Source: Candidatus Methylomirabilia bacterium (GTDB taxonomy: Bacteria; Methylomirabilota; Methylomirabilia; Rokubacteriales; CSP1-6). From it: a stretch of 34,729 nt of DNA. The notes under the pieces are model-generated. The model worked only from the letters and a program-made list of their open reading frames with translations. It was not told the DNA's origin and searched no databases. The position numbers and the translations under genes are program-made. Where the stretch lies: positions 1 to 34,729 of the forward strand of contig JBGQHJ010000036.1 of NCBI GenBank assembly GCA_041497895.1, read 5' to 3'. Shown here piece by piece: positions 1 to 7,022 of the stretch; position 1 is the first letter of the stretch; every line of letters starts with the position of its first letter.

Positions 1-52
1 CGCCTGGGTGGACGCCCTCTGAGAATGCTTCCCCGCCCCGGGGCGCTTTCGC

Positions 53-58
53 TAGAAT
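53..58 (+). promoter_or_regulatory. Putative sigma70 -10 box (TAGAAT), 7 nt upstream of an in-frame GTG at 66 (possible leaderless start)
   Basis: TAGAAT at 53-58 overlaps the ORF-track ATG at 57; GTG at 66 is in frame; no SD sequence seen. Confidence 0.5.
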
Positions 59-1670
59 GCCGCCCGTGAAGCCAGGAGCGCCCATCCCGGCCACCCTGAC
101 CGCGCTCATGGGGGGCAGGGCCGCCCAGGATCCTGACACCCCGTATTTTCACCTCTTCGACGAAGCGGTGACGTACGGCCGCCTCTGGCGGGAGAGCGCG
201 CGCTACGCGGCCGGCCTGCGCCGCGCCGGCATCGACCGCGGCGACAAGGTGTGCCTGATCTACCCCACCTGCGCCGAGTTCTTCTACACGTTCTTCGGCG
301 CCCTCCGCCTGGGCGCGATCCCGGTGCCGCTCTATCCGACCCTCGGGGTCGAGGCCACAGCGAACATCTTCCGCGACTCGGAGGCCAAGGCGGTCGCCAC
401 CATCGGGTGGTTCCGCCAGGGGGTGGAGGAGTCGCAGGCGGCCGCCTCCAACATCCGGCACGTGCTCGAGCCGAGCGACCTCGAGGTCGACGACCGGGCG
501 CCGTCCTTCCCCACCGCGACCGCCGACGACGTGGCCTTCATCCAGTACACGTCCGGCAGCACCGGGAGCCCCCGGGGCGTGGTGCTGAGCCACGCCAACG
601 TGGTGCGCACGGTGGAGTTCATGGCCGAGGCCGCCCAGCTCACCCGCGAGGACGTGGTGGTGTCGTGGCTGCCGCTCTACCACGACATGGGGCTGATCGG
701 CTGCGCGTTCACCCCGCCGTGGAACGGCGCGCCCCTCCACCTGCTGCCGCCGGACCTCAAGAACCCGCGCGTCTGGCTCGAGATGGTGACGCGGGTGGGC
801 GCCACCTTCACGGTGTCGCCCGACTTCGGCTACCGCAACTGCGTGCGCAACATCGGCGACACCACCGGCCTCGATCTCTCCTCGCTCAAGCAGGCCCTCT
901 CCGGCGCCGAGCCGGTCCGCCTCAGCACCATCGAGGCCTTCGAGTCGAAGTTCGGCGTGCGGCACCTCATCACGCCGTGCTACGGCCTGGCCGAGGCCAC
1001 CCTGGCCGTCGCGATCTGGCCGCGCGGAACCCCGCTGCGCCTGGACAGCTCCGGCAAGTTCCTCTCGGTGGGGCAGCCGTGCCGGGGCGTGCGCGTGCGG
1101 ATCATGGACGGGAACGAGGAGGTGAAGCCCGGCGTGGAGGGCGAGATCTGCGTGGCCAGCCCCGGGGTCATGCAGGGCTACTACCGGAACCTCGAGGCCA
1201 CCGCCCGGGTACTCTCCTCCGACGGCTGGCTCCGCACCGGCGACCTGGGCTTCCTCGACGCGGAGGGCTACCTCTTCGTGACCGGCCGGCTCAAGGACGT
1301 GATCATCCTCGGCGGCGAGAACGTGATCCCGTCCGACATCGAGGAGATCGTCGACCACGTCCCCGGCGTACGCTATTCGGCCGCGGTCGGTATCGAGAGC
1401 GAGCGCACCGGGACCCAGCGCCTGCACGTGGTGGCGGAGGTACGCGAGCAGGCCGGCGACCCGGAGACGCTCTCCCGGCTCGTGCGCGAGATCGTCCTCC
1501 GTGTCCGTGAGGGACGCGGTCACCGCCCGGCGCGGGTCCTGCTCGTCCGCCCCAGCACCATCCCCAAGACGTCGTCCGGGAAGATCCAGCGCTCGCGTCT
1601 CGGCGAGATGATCGCGCGCGACGAGCTCGGCGAGCGCGTCCTTCACGCCTCGGGCGCCCGCCGCGACTGA
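57..1670 (+). CDS. Fatty acyl-AMP ligase-like adenylate-forming enzyme (true start may be GTG at 66)
   Basis: YTSGSTGSPRG P-loop, SWLPLYHDMGLIG, CYGLAEATL, RTGDLG, IPKTSSGKIQR. Confidence 0.85.
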   Translation: MPPVKPGAPIPATLTALMGGRAAQDPDTPYFHLFDEAVTYGRLWRESARYAAGLRRAGIDRGDKVCLIYPTCAEFFYTFFGALRLGAIPVPLYPTLGVEATANIFRDSEAKAVATIGWFRQGVEESQAAASNIRHVLEPSDLEVDDRAPSFPTATADDVAFIQYTSGSTGSPRGVVLSHANVVRTVEFMAEAAQLTREDVVVSWLPLYHDMGLIGCAFTPPWNGAPLHLLPPDLKNPRVWLEMVTRVGATFTVSPDFGYRNCVRNIGDTTGLDLSSLKQALSGAEPVRLSTIEAFESKFGVRHLITPCYGLAEATLAVAIWPRGTPLRLDSSGKFLSVGQPCRGVRVRIMDGNEEVKPGVEGEICVASPGVMQGYYRNLEATARVLSSDGWLRTGDLGFLDAEGYLFVTGRLKDVIILGGENVIPSDIEEIVDHVPGVRYSAAVGIESERTGTQRLHVVAEVREQAGDPETLSRLVREIVLRVREGRGHRPARVLLVRPSTIPKTSSGKIQRSRLGEMIARDELGERVLHASGARRD

Positions 1671-1729
1671 GATCTCGGCATGCGGGCCGCTCGGAACGAA
1701 GCAGCTGGGCCCTTCGGGGCGGCCCGTCC

Positions 1730-2647
1730 ATGAAGATCGGCTGCCATCTGCCCATGTTCGGCCCCGTCGGCACCCGCGAGAGCCTGCTCACGTTCGCCCG
1801 ACGGATGGAGGAGCTCGGCTACGACTCGCTCTGGGCGAGTGATCACGTGGTGATCCCGTACCGGATCGCCTCGCGCTATCCCTATAGCCCGACCGGCCAG
1901 TTCCCGCTCGCCGCGGACGTGCCGTTCCTCGAGCCGCTGGTCGCCCTCTCCCTGGTGGCGGGCGTCACCGAGCGCGTGCAGCTCGGCACGAGCATCCTGG
2001 TGCTGCCGCACCGGAACCCGGTGATGGCGGCCAAGATGTGCGCCACCCTCGACCATCTCTCGGGCGGGCGTCTCGTGCTGGGCGTGGGCGTGGGCTGGAT
2101 GCGCGAGGAGATCGAGCTGCTGGGCGGCAACTACGACCGGCGGGGCGCCTGGAGCGACGAGGCCCTCGCGGTGATGCGCGCCTGCTGGCGCGACGCGCGG
2201 ACCGCGCATCGCGGCCAGTTCTTCTCCTTCGACGAGATCGGCGTCTTCCCCAAGCCGGCCCGCGGCGACATCCCCATCCTGGTCGGCGGCCACACCGCGC
2301 GCGCCCTCCGCCGCGTGGTCCAGCACGGCGACGGCTGGCACGCCGCCTTCATCACCCCGCAAGCGCTGAAGGCCGACCTCGCCCGCCTCAAGGAAGAGTG
2401 CGCTCGCCAGCGCCGCCCCTCCGATCAGATCACGGTCAGCGTTCGCGCCGGCCTCTCACTACGCCCCGCCCCCCTCGGCCCCGACCGCAAGCCCCTCCAG
2501 GGCTCCCGCGACCAGGTGATCGCCGACCTCCTCGCCTACCAGCAACTGGGAGTGGACTCGATCCTGCTCGAAACCCGGTACCGCGACCTCCAAGACATGC
2601 TGGGCATCTACGAGACCTTCGCCCGCGACATCCGCCCGCGCCTCTGA
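1730..2647 (+). CDS. LLM-class (luciferase-like) probable F420-dependent oxidoreductase, Rv2161c-like
   Basis: GYDSLWASDHVVIP, LGTSILVLPHRNP, TLDHLSGGRLVLGVGVGW, PILVGG, GDGWH. Confidence 0.88.
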   Translation: MKIGCHLPMFGPVGTRESLLTFARRMEELGYDSLWASDHVVIPYRIASRYPYSPTGQFPLAADVPFLEPLVALSLVAGVTERVQLGTSILVLPHRNPVMAAKMCATLDHLSGGRLVLGVGVGWMREEIELLGGNYDRRGAWSDEALAVMRACWRDARTAHRGQFFSFDEIGVFPKPARGDIPILVGGHTARALRRVVQHGDGWHAAFITPQALKADLARLKEECARQRRPSDQITVSVRAGLSLRPAPLGPDRKPLQGSRDQVIADLLAYQQLGVDSILLETRYRDLQDMLGIYETFARDIRPRL

Positions 2648-2650
2648 CCC

Positions 2651-2727
2651 GTTTCTGACCTGGACCTGGAAACAGGCACTGACTCCGAGTGCGACTCTGA
2701 ATCGGCTTCTGACCCTGATCTGACATG
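2651..2727. repeat. Degenerate 6-bp tandem array, consensus about GAC(C/T)CT, roughly 13 units
   Basis: gtttct gacctg gacctg gaaaca ggcact gactcc gagtgc gactct gaatcg gcttct gaccct gatct gacatg; G falls at every 6th base from 2651 to 2717. Confidence 0.7.
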
Positions 2728-2730
2728 GTC

Positions 2731-2876
2731 GCGTGGGGAGGGGGGCCGGGGGGTGGCTGGGACCCGTTCCTCCGGCGCAAGCCGACCCGGCAACAATCAA
2801 GATTGGGAACTCCCACGGCAAAGCCGCGACGCCTCGGGCCGTGGTCCCAGCCACCCCCCGGCCTCCCTCCCCACGC
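2731..2876. repeat. 146-bp element with 34-bp terminal inverted repeats (MITE/REPIN-like element or structured RNA) between convergent genes
   Basis: 2731-2764 is the reverse complement of 2843-2876 at 33 of 34 positions; the 78-bp interior carries small hairpins. Confidence 0.85.
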
Positions 2877-2880
2877 CACA

Positions 2881-3615
2881 CTACTTCGCGTCGTGGAAGA
2901 TCACCCCGAGCGTGTATCGAAGCCCAGCCGTCACGCGGCTCACGCCGTCGCGCAGCGCGACGCGGTGGACACCGCGCGCGCCGCGGACAGGCCGCTCCCT
3001 CGTCGCGAAGATCACGATCTGCCCCTGCGTGAGCGGCACTACCTCCCCGCGCGACTGCGCCCGGGGCCGTTGCTCGACCAGCAGGAACTCCCCGCCCTCG
3101 AAATCCTCGCCGGGCCTGCTCAGCAGGCACGTCATCTGGAGCGGGAACGCGATCTCACCGTAGAGATCCTGGTGAAGGCAGTTGTAGCCGCCGGGCTCGT
3201 AGCGGAGCATCAGCGGGGTCGGCTTGCGCTGGCCGTGTTCGGCGCAGAGGGCCAGGAAGCCGTCGAGCGCCGCCGGATAGCGCGTCGCGCGCCCGAGCGC
3301 GCCCTCCCACTCGCCCGCGATCGCGGCGAGGGGCGGGTACGCGTGCCGGCGCAGCGCGAGCACGACCGGCGGCAGCGGATCGGCGAAGTACTTGTACTCG
3401 CCCTCACCGAACCGGAAGCGCGCCATGTCGACGCGGCTGCGGAACCGCGCCTCCTCCGGGTACCGCGCGATCAGCTCCGCGCACTCCGCCGGGGACAGGA
3501 GCGGCGGAGTCGTGGCCCAGCCGCGCTCGCCGAGACCGCGGGCTAGGGCGGTCCAATCGACTTGCTGCAATCGCGTCTGTACCGACGGCGTGGAGGTCAG
3601 ACGGCCGGGCGACAT
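2881..3615 (-). CDS. 2OG-Fe(II) oxygenase, DUF2086/Oxygenase-NA type (linked to alkylated nucleic acid repair)
   Basis: RFGEGEYKYF, YNCLHQDLYGE (HxD), GGEFLLVEQRPRAQSR, RYTLGVIFHDA; start placed at ATG 3615, overlapping the upstream gene end (uncertain). Confidence 0.85.
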   Translation of the reverse strand: MSPGRLTSTPSVQTRLQQVDWTALARGLGERGWATTPPLLSPAECAELIARYPEEARFRSRVDMARFRFGEGEYKYFADPLPPVVLALRRHAYPPLAAIAGEWEGALGRATRYPAALDGFLALCAEHGQRKPTPLMLRYEPGGYNCLHQDLYGEIAFPLQMTCLLSRPGEDFEGGEFLLVEQRPRAQSRGEVVPLTQGQIVIFATRERPVRGARGVHRVALRDGVSRVTAGLRYTLGVIFHDAK

Positions 3616-4331
3616 ACCTTGCACGGCCGGTACCCCACCGAGCGCGCGTCCTCCACCGACGCGAACACCACCCGGCTGTCCGGACGCATGTGCCGGCCGT
3701 GGATGCACCCGACCCGGCACACGATGCGCGTGCTCGAGCAGCCCTCGAGCACCGGGGTGGTGCGCTCGAGCAGGGCCAGCCGATCCTTGACGTCCGCGCC
3801 GAAGATGTAGCCGCCGAGGCCGCCGTCGCTCCGCCACACCCGGTGGCACGGCAGGATGAGCGGCACCGGATTGCGACCGAGCGCGGTGCCCACCGCCCGC
3901 ACCGCGCGCGGGTGGCCGACGCGCGCGGCGACCCAGGCGTAGGGGCGCGCCTCCCCGAACGGGATGTGCCCCGCCGCCTCCAGCACGCTGCGCTGGAAGT
4001 CCGGCACCGTGGTGAGATCCACCGGCACCCGGAAGAAGGCGCGCTGCCCGCGCAGATACTCGTGGATCTCGAGCCGCGCCTGCTCGATCAGCTTCCGCGC
4101 CGCCGCGGTGGCCGGCTTGCCCACCGGCCCGGTGCCCACCCGCGAGATCCCCCGCGCGGTCGCCTCGATGCCGAGCCGCGCCTCGAGCCGATCGAGCGCG
4201 GTCGTGGACTCGCGGGCCGCGGCCGCGATGCGCCGCGGCAGGTCCGCCGCCGCCATCTCCGGCCGGAAGTAGTCCGTCAGCAGGATGTCCAGCCGATCCG
4301 GGCGCTTGCCGTCGTCCATCGCGTCATGCAT
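3597..4331 (-). CDS. ogt: Methylated-DNA-protein-cysteine methyltransferase with N-terminal helical extension and C-terminal Ada-type Zn-binding domain
   Basis: IPFGEARPY, RAVGTALGRNPVPLILPCHRV active site, GGLGGY; C-terminal CRVGC-x27-CKVC(RP). Confidence 0.9.
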   Translation of the reverse strand: MHDAMDDGKRPDRLDILLTDYFRPEMAAADLPRRIAAAARESTTALDRLEARLGIEATARGISRVGTGPVGKPATAAARKLIEQARLEIHEYLRGQRAFFRVPVDLTTVPDFQRSVLEAAGHIPFGEARPYAWVAARVGHPRAVRAVGTALGRNPVPLILPCHRVWRSDGGLGGYIFGADVKDRLALLERTTPVLEGCSSTRIVCRVGCIHGRHMRPDSRVVFASVEDARSVGYRPCKVCRPAV

Positions 4332-4866
4332 GACCCGCTCCTCGCTTGCCGAGCTCGGCCCGCAGCAGGGCCTTGCCCCGCGTGAGCTGGCTCTTCACGG
4401 TATTGATCGAGATGCCCCGGATGCGCGCCAGCTCCCCGTAGGAGAGCCCGTCCACGTAGCGCAGGGCCAGCAGCACCCGCGCCTCGCGGGGCACGAGCGC
4501 GAGCGCGCGGTGCAGATCGAGATAGGCCGCGGGCGGCTGGTGATTGCTCGACGCGGCGGAGAGCGCCCCAGCCGCCGATCGCTCGTCATGGGCGGTCCGG
4601 GTGGCCCGCCGGCGCAGCTCGTCCACGCAGACATTGGTGAGGATGCGATAGAGCCACGTGGAGACCGCCCAGCGGGGGTCGTAGCCGCGGGCGCCCGCGT
4701 AGCACTGGAGGAAGGCCCGCTGGACCGCGTCCTCCGCGTCGGCCCGGGAGCCGAGCAGCCGCCCGGCCACCGCGAGCAGCTTGCCGCTGTAGCGCTGCGC
4801 CAGCTCGGCGAACGCCGCCTGGTCCCCCCGCGCCACCTTCGCCATCAGCCCCCGCTCGGCGTCCAT
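4324..4866 (-). CDS. ECF-subfamily RNA polymerase sigma-70 factor
   Basis: Region 2 DAEDAVQRAF and STWLYRILTNVCVDELRRR; region 4 LSYGELARIRGISINTVKSQLTRG; start placed at ATG 4866. Confidence 0.9.
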   Translation of the reverse strand: MDAERGLMAKVARGDQAAFAELAQRYSGKLLAVAGRLLGSRADAEDAVQRAFLQCYAGARGYDPRWAVSTWLYRILTNVCVDELRRRATRTAHDERSAAGALSAASSNHQPPAAYLDLHRALALVPREARVLLALRYVDGLSYGELARIRGISINTVKSQLTRGKALLRAELGKRGAGHA

Positions 4867-4996
4867 CTCACCCGAGATATACGCGCAGGAACCCAAAACG
4901 GGCGGAAGCCGAAACCAGGTCGGTGCCGTTTGGCTCCTGCGGACAGCCGGTCAGAGCCCCGGGCGGGTAACCGTCCAAGTCTTCAAGCTCTTCATC

Positions 4997-5023
4997 TGCG
5001 GGGGCCCGGAGATGGCCCCCGCA
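4997..5023. repeat. GC-rich 10-bp stem-loop downstream of transaldolase (possible terminator or REP-like hairpin)
   Basis: tgcgggggcc-cggagat-ggcccccgca; no U-tract on either side. Confidence 0.55.
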
Positions 5024-5054
5024 CTCCCCCAGTCGGCGGACAACCGTCGCCAGC

Positions 5055-5705
5055 CTAGATCTTCTCGCCGAGCTTGTTCCAGTCGTCGAGGAACTTCTTG
5101 AGGCCGATGTCGGTGAGCGGGTGCTTCATCAGCATCTCGAGCACGTTGAACGGCATGGTGGCCACGTGGGCTCCCGCCTTGGCCGCGTCGATGACGTGCA
5201 GCGGGTTGCGGATGGAGGCGGCCAGCACCTGGGTCTTGTACCCGTAGTTCCGGTAGATCTCGCAGATGTCCCGGACCAGGTCCATGCCCACGTGGCCGAT
5301 GTCGTCCAGGCGGCCGAGGAACGGGCTGATGTAGACCGCGCCCGCCTTGGCCGAGAGGAGAGCCTGAGGGGCCGAGAAGCAGAGGGTCTGATTGACCCGG
5401 ATGCCCTCTCCGCTCAGGTACTTCACCGCCTTGAGCCCGTCCTTGGTGAGCGGGCACTTGACCACCACGTTGGGCGCCACCTGCACCAGCTCCTTGCCCT
5501 CCTTCACCATGCCGTCGAAGTCGGTGGCCACCACTTCCAGGCTCACGTCGCCCGGCACCACCTTGCAGATCTCCTCCACCAGGGGGCGGAAGGGGCGCTT
5601 CTCCTTGGCGATGAGCGAGGGGTTGGTGGTGCAGCCGTCCACCAGGCCCATGGCCACCCCCTCGCGCAGCTCGGTCACGTTCGCACTATCCAGAAAGATC
5701 TTCAT
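5055..5705 (-). CDS. tal: Transaldolase (small Tal/FSA family)
   Basis: IFLDSAN, GCTTNPSL, SLEV, VVVKCP (Schiff-base Lys), SPFLGRLDD, LAASIR; Glu and Phe at the diagnostic positions favour transaldolase over FSA; GGAGG SD. Confidence 0.93.
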   Translation of the reverse strand: MKIFLDSANVTELREGVAMGLVDGCTTNPSLIAKEKRPFRPLVEEICKVVPGDVSLEVVATDFDGMVKEGKELVQVAPNVVVKCPLTKDGLKAVKYLSGEGIRVNQTLCFSAPQALLSAKAGAVYISPFLGRLDDIGHVGMDLVRDICEIYRNYGYKTQVLAASIRNPLHVIDAAKAGAHVATMPFNVLEMLMKHPLTDIGLKKFLDDWNKLGEKI

Positions 5706-5718
5706 CCCGTCCTCCGTC

Positions 5719-6093
5719 TCAGGCGCGCTCCACTCGGACCGTGGTCCCGGAGCGCACCGCCTTGAACACCGTGGGATCTCCCAGCACGCGACCGAACACG
5801 TTGACCGCGCTCGCCGGCCGGATCTCGTCGCCCTGGCTGGCCGGCGTCGGCCCGAAGAAGATGCAGAACGCGGAGCCCGGCGGCCAGTAGGCGAGATCGC
5901 CCAGGGCCACCACCTCGCGGGGATGCTCGCTCTTGGCCTTCAGCGGGATGGCGAAGTAGATCTCGTCACCCCAGGTCTGCCCGGCCACGTGGAACGGCAG
6001 GGCGTCCCACACCGCCGCCGCGGTCTTGGAATCGTCGAGCACGGCGTCCGCCGCCACCTTGCCCGCCGTGATGCGAATCTTCCGGTCAGCCAT
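5719..6093 (-). CDS. Cyclophilin-like fold protein (DUF369/TM1367-like)
   Basis: WDALP, WGDEIYF, GDLAYWPPGSAFCIFFGPTPAS, RPASAVNVFG; start placed at ATG 6093. Confidence 0.85.
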   Translation of the reverse strand: MADRKIRITAGKVAADAVLDDSKTAAAVWDALPFHVAGQTWGDEIYFAIPLKAKSEHPREVVALGDLAYWPPGSAFCIFFGPTPASQGDEIRPASAVNVFGRVLGDPTVFKAVRSGTTVRVERA

Positions 6094-6117
6094 GGATTCG
6101 CGAGCCGGGCACACGTC

Positions 6118-6147
6118 AGTGTAGCCTCGGGCCGCGCCCGGTAGCAA
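6118..6147 (-). promoter_or_regulatory. Putative sigma70 promoter for the cyclophilin-like/transaldolase pair
   Basis: TTGCTA-N18-TACACT on the minus strand in the intergenic gap. Confidence 0.5.
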
Positions 6148-6159
6148 GCCGGCCGAGGC

Positions 6160-7020
6160 TCACCCGCCCTGGCGACGGCGGTAGGCGGCGACGCGCGCCT
6201 CCAGGGCGGCGCGGTCCGGGATCGCCGCGACGCCCTCGCCCTCGACGGAGGCCGCGGCGCAGCAGGACGCGACCGCGGCCGCGTCCCACGCGTTGCCGTC
6301 CCGGTTGTAGGCGATGAGGAGCGTGGTCGCGAAGACGTCGCCCGCGCCGGTGTCGTCCTTCTCCACCGCCACGTCCGGCTCGACCCCGTACCGGTCGCCG
6401 TTGACGAAGAGGATCGCGCCGTCGGCTCCGCGGGTGACCGCGCCCAGCGGCACGCGCTGGAACCACTCGAGTGCCTCCTTCTGGAAGGGCTCGATGTCCT
6501 CGGCGCTGACGACCACCGCCTGGGCGTGCGGCAGCACCAGGTCGGCGTCCTCCCAGGGCTGCGGCGATACCACCCCGCCCGCGCCTCGCTGTCGCATCCA
6601 GCCCTGGGGCAGCGCCACCGTCGAGGCCTCCGGGAAGGCGGCGGCCAGCGCGGGATCGACCTCGCCGGTCACCGGGCACAGCGCGGCCAGGCCCACGTCC
6701 TGCCACTCGTCGGGCAGCGCCACCGCCTCGAGATCGGCGGCGCGCCCGAGGATGGCCAGCTCGCGCACCCGCCGGCCGTCGGCGATTCGGCCCTGGCCGA
6801 TCCGGAACACGGTGGTCCGCGGGGACGGCACGTCGGCCAGCGAGATCTCGCGGGGCAGCGCGTCGAGGGGGAAATCGGGGCCGAGCGAGGTGAGCAGCCC
6901 CACCCGGAGCCCCTGCCGATGGGCGGTGATCGCCGCGTAGTAGGCGGCTCCTCCCGGGCGCGGGCCGCGGGGCGTGTGGTCGAGCGTGACGTGCCCGACG
7001 ACGACGAGATCCACCACCAC
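6160..7020 (-). CDS. PfkB/ribokinase-family carbohydrate kinase
   Basis: VVGHVTLD, PGGAAYYAA, VTRGADGA, DDTGAGDVF; start placed at GTG 7020, just after the upstream stop. Confidence 0.88.
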   Translation of the reverse strand: MVVDLVVVGHVTLDHTPRGPRPGGAAYYAAITAHRQGLRVGLLTSLGPDFPLDALPREISLADVPSPRTTVFRIGQGRIADGRRVRELAILGRAADLEAVALPDEWQDVGLAALCPVTGEVDPALAAAFPEASTVALPQGWMRQRGAGGVVSPQPWEDADLVLPHAQAVVVSAEDIEPFQKEALEWFQRVPLGAVTRGADGAILFVNGDRYGVEPDVAVEKDDTGAGDVFATTLLIAYNRDGNAWDAAAVASCCAAASVEGEGVAAIPDRAALEARVAAYRRRQGG

Positions 7021-7022
7021 GG

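Noticed and set aside
22..60. AGAATGC direct repeat flanking the palindrome cgccccggggcg
   Set aside because: At the window edge and short; an all-GC palindrome is weak evidence at this GC content.
57..2647. FAAL plus LLM as a secondary-metabolite gene cluster
   Set aside because: No carrier protein, PKS, NRPS or precursor peptide is visible in the window.
2810..2840. GCAAAGCC resembles part of a c-di-GMP-I riboswitch
   Set aside because: The preceding GGCAAAC/GNRA stem arrangement is missing, and the site lies between two gene 3' ends.
2651..2876. Possible CRISPR array or tRNA
   Set aside because: No identical direct repeats with spacers, no cas genes, and no D-loop or T-loop consensus.
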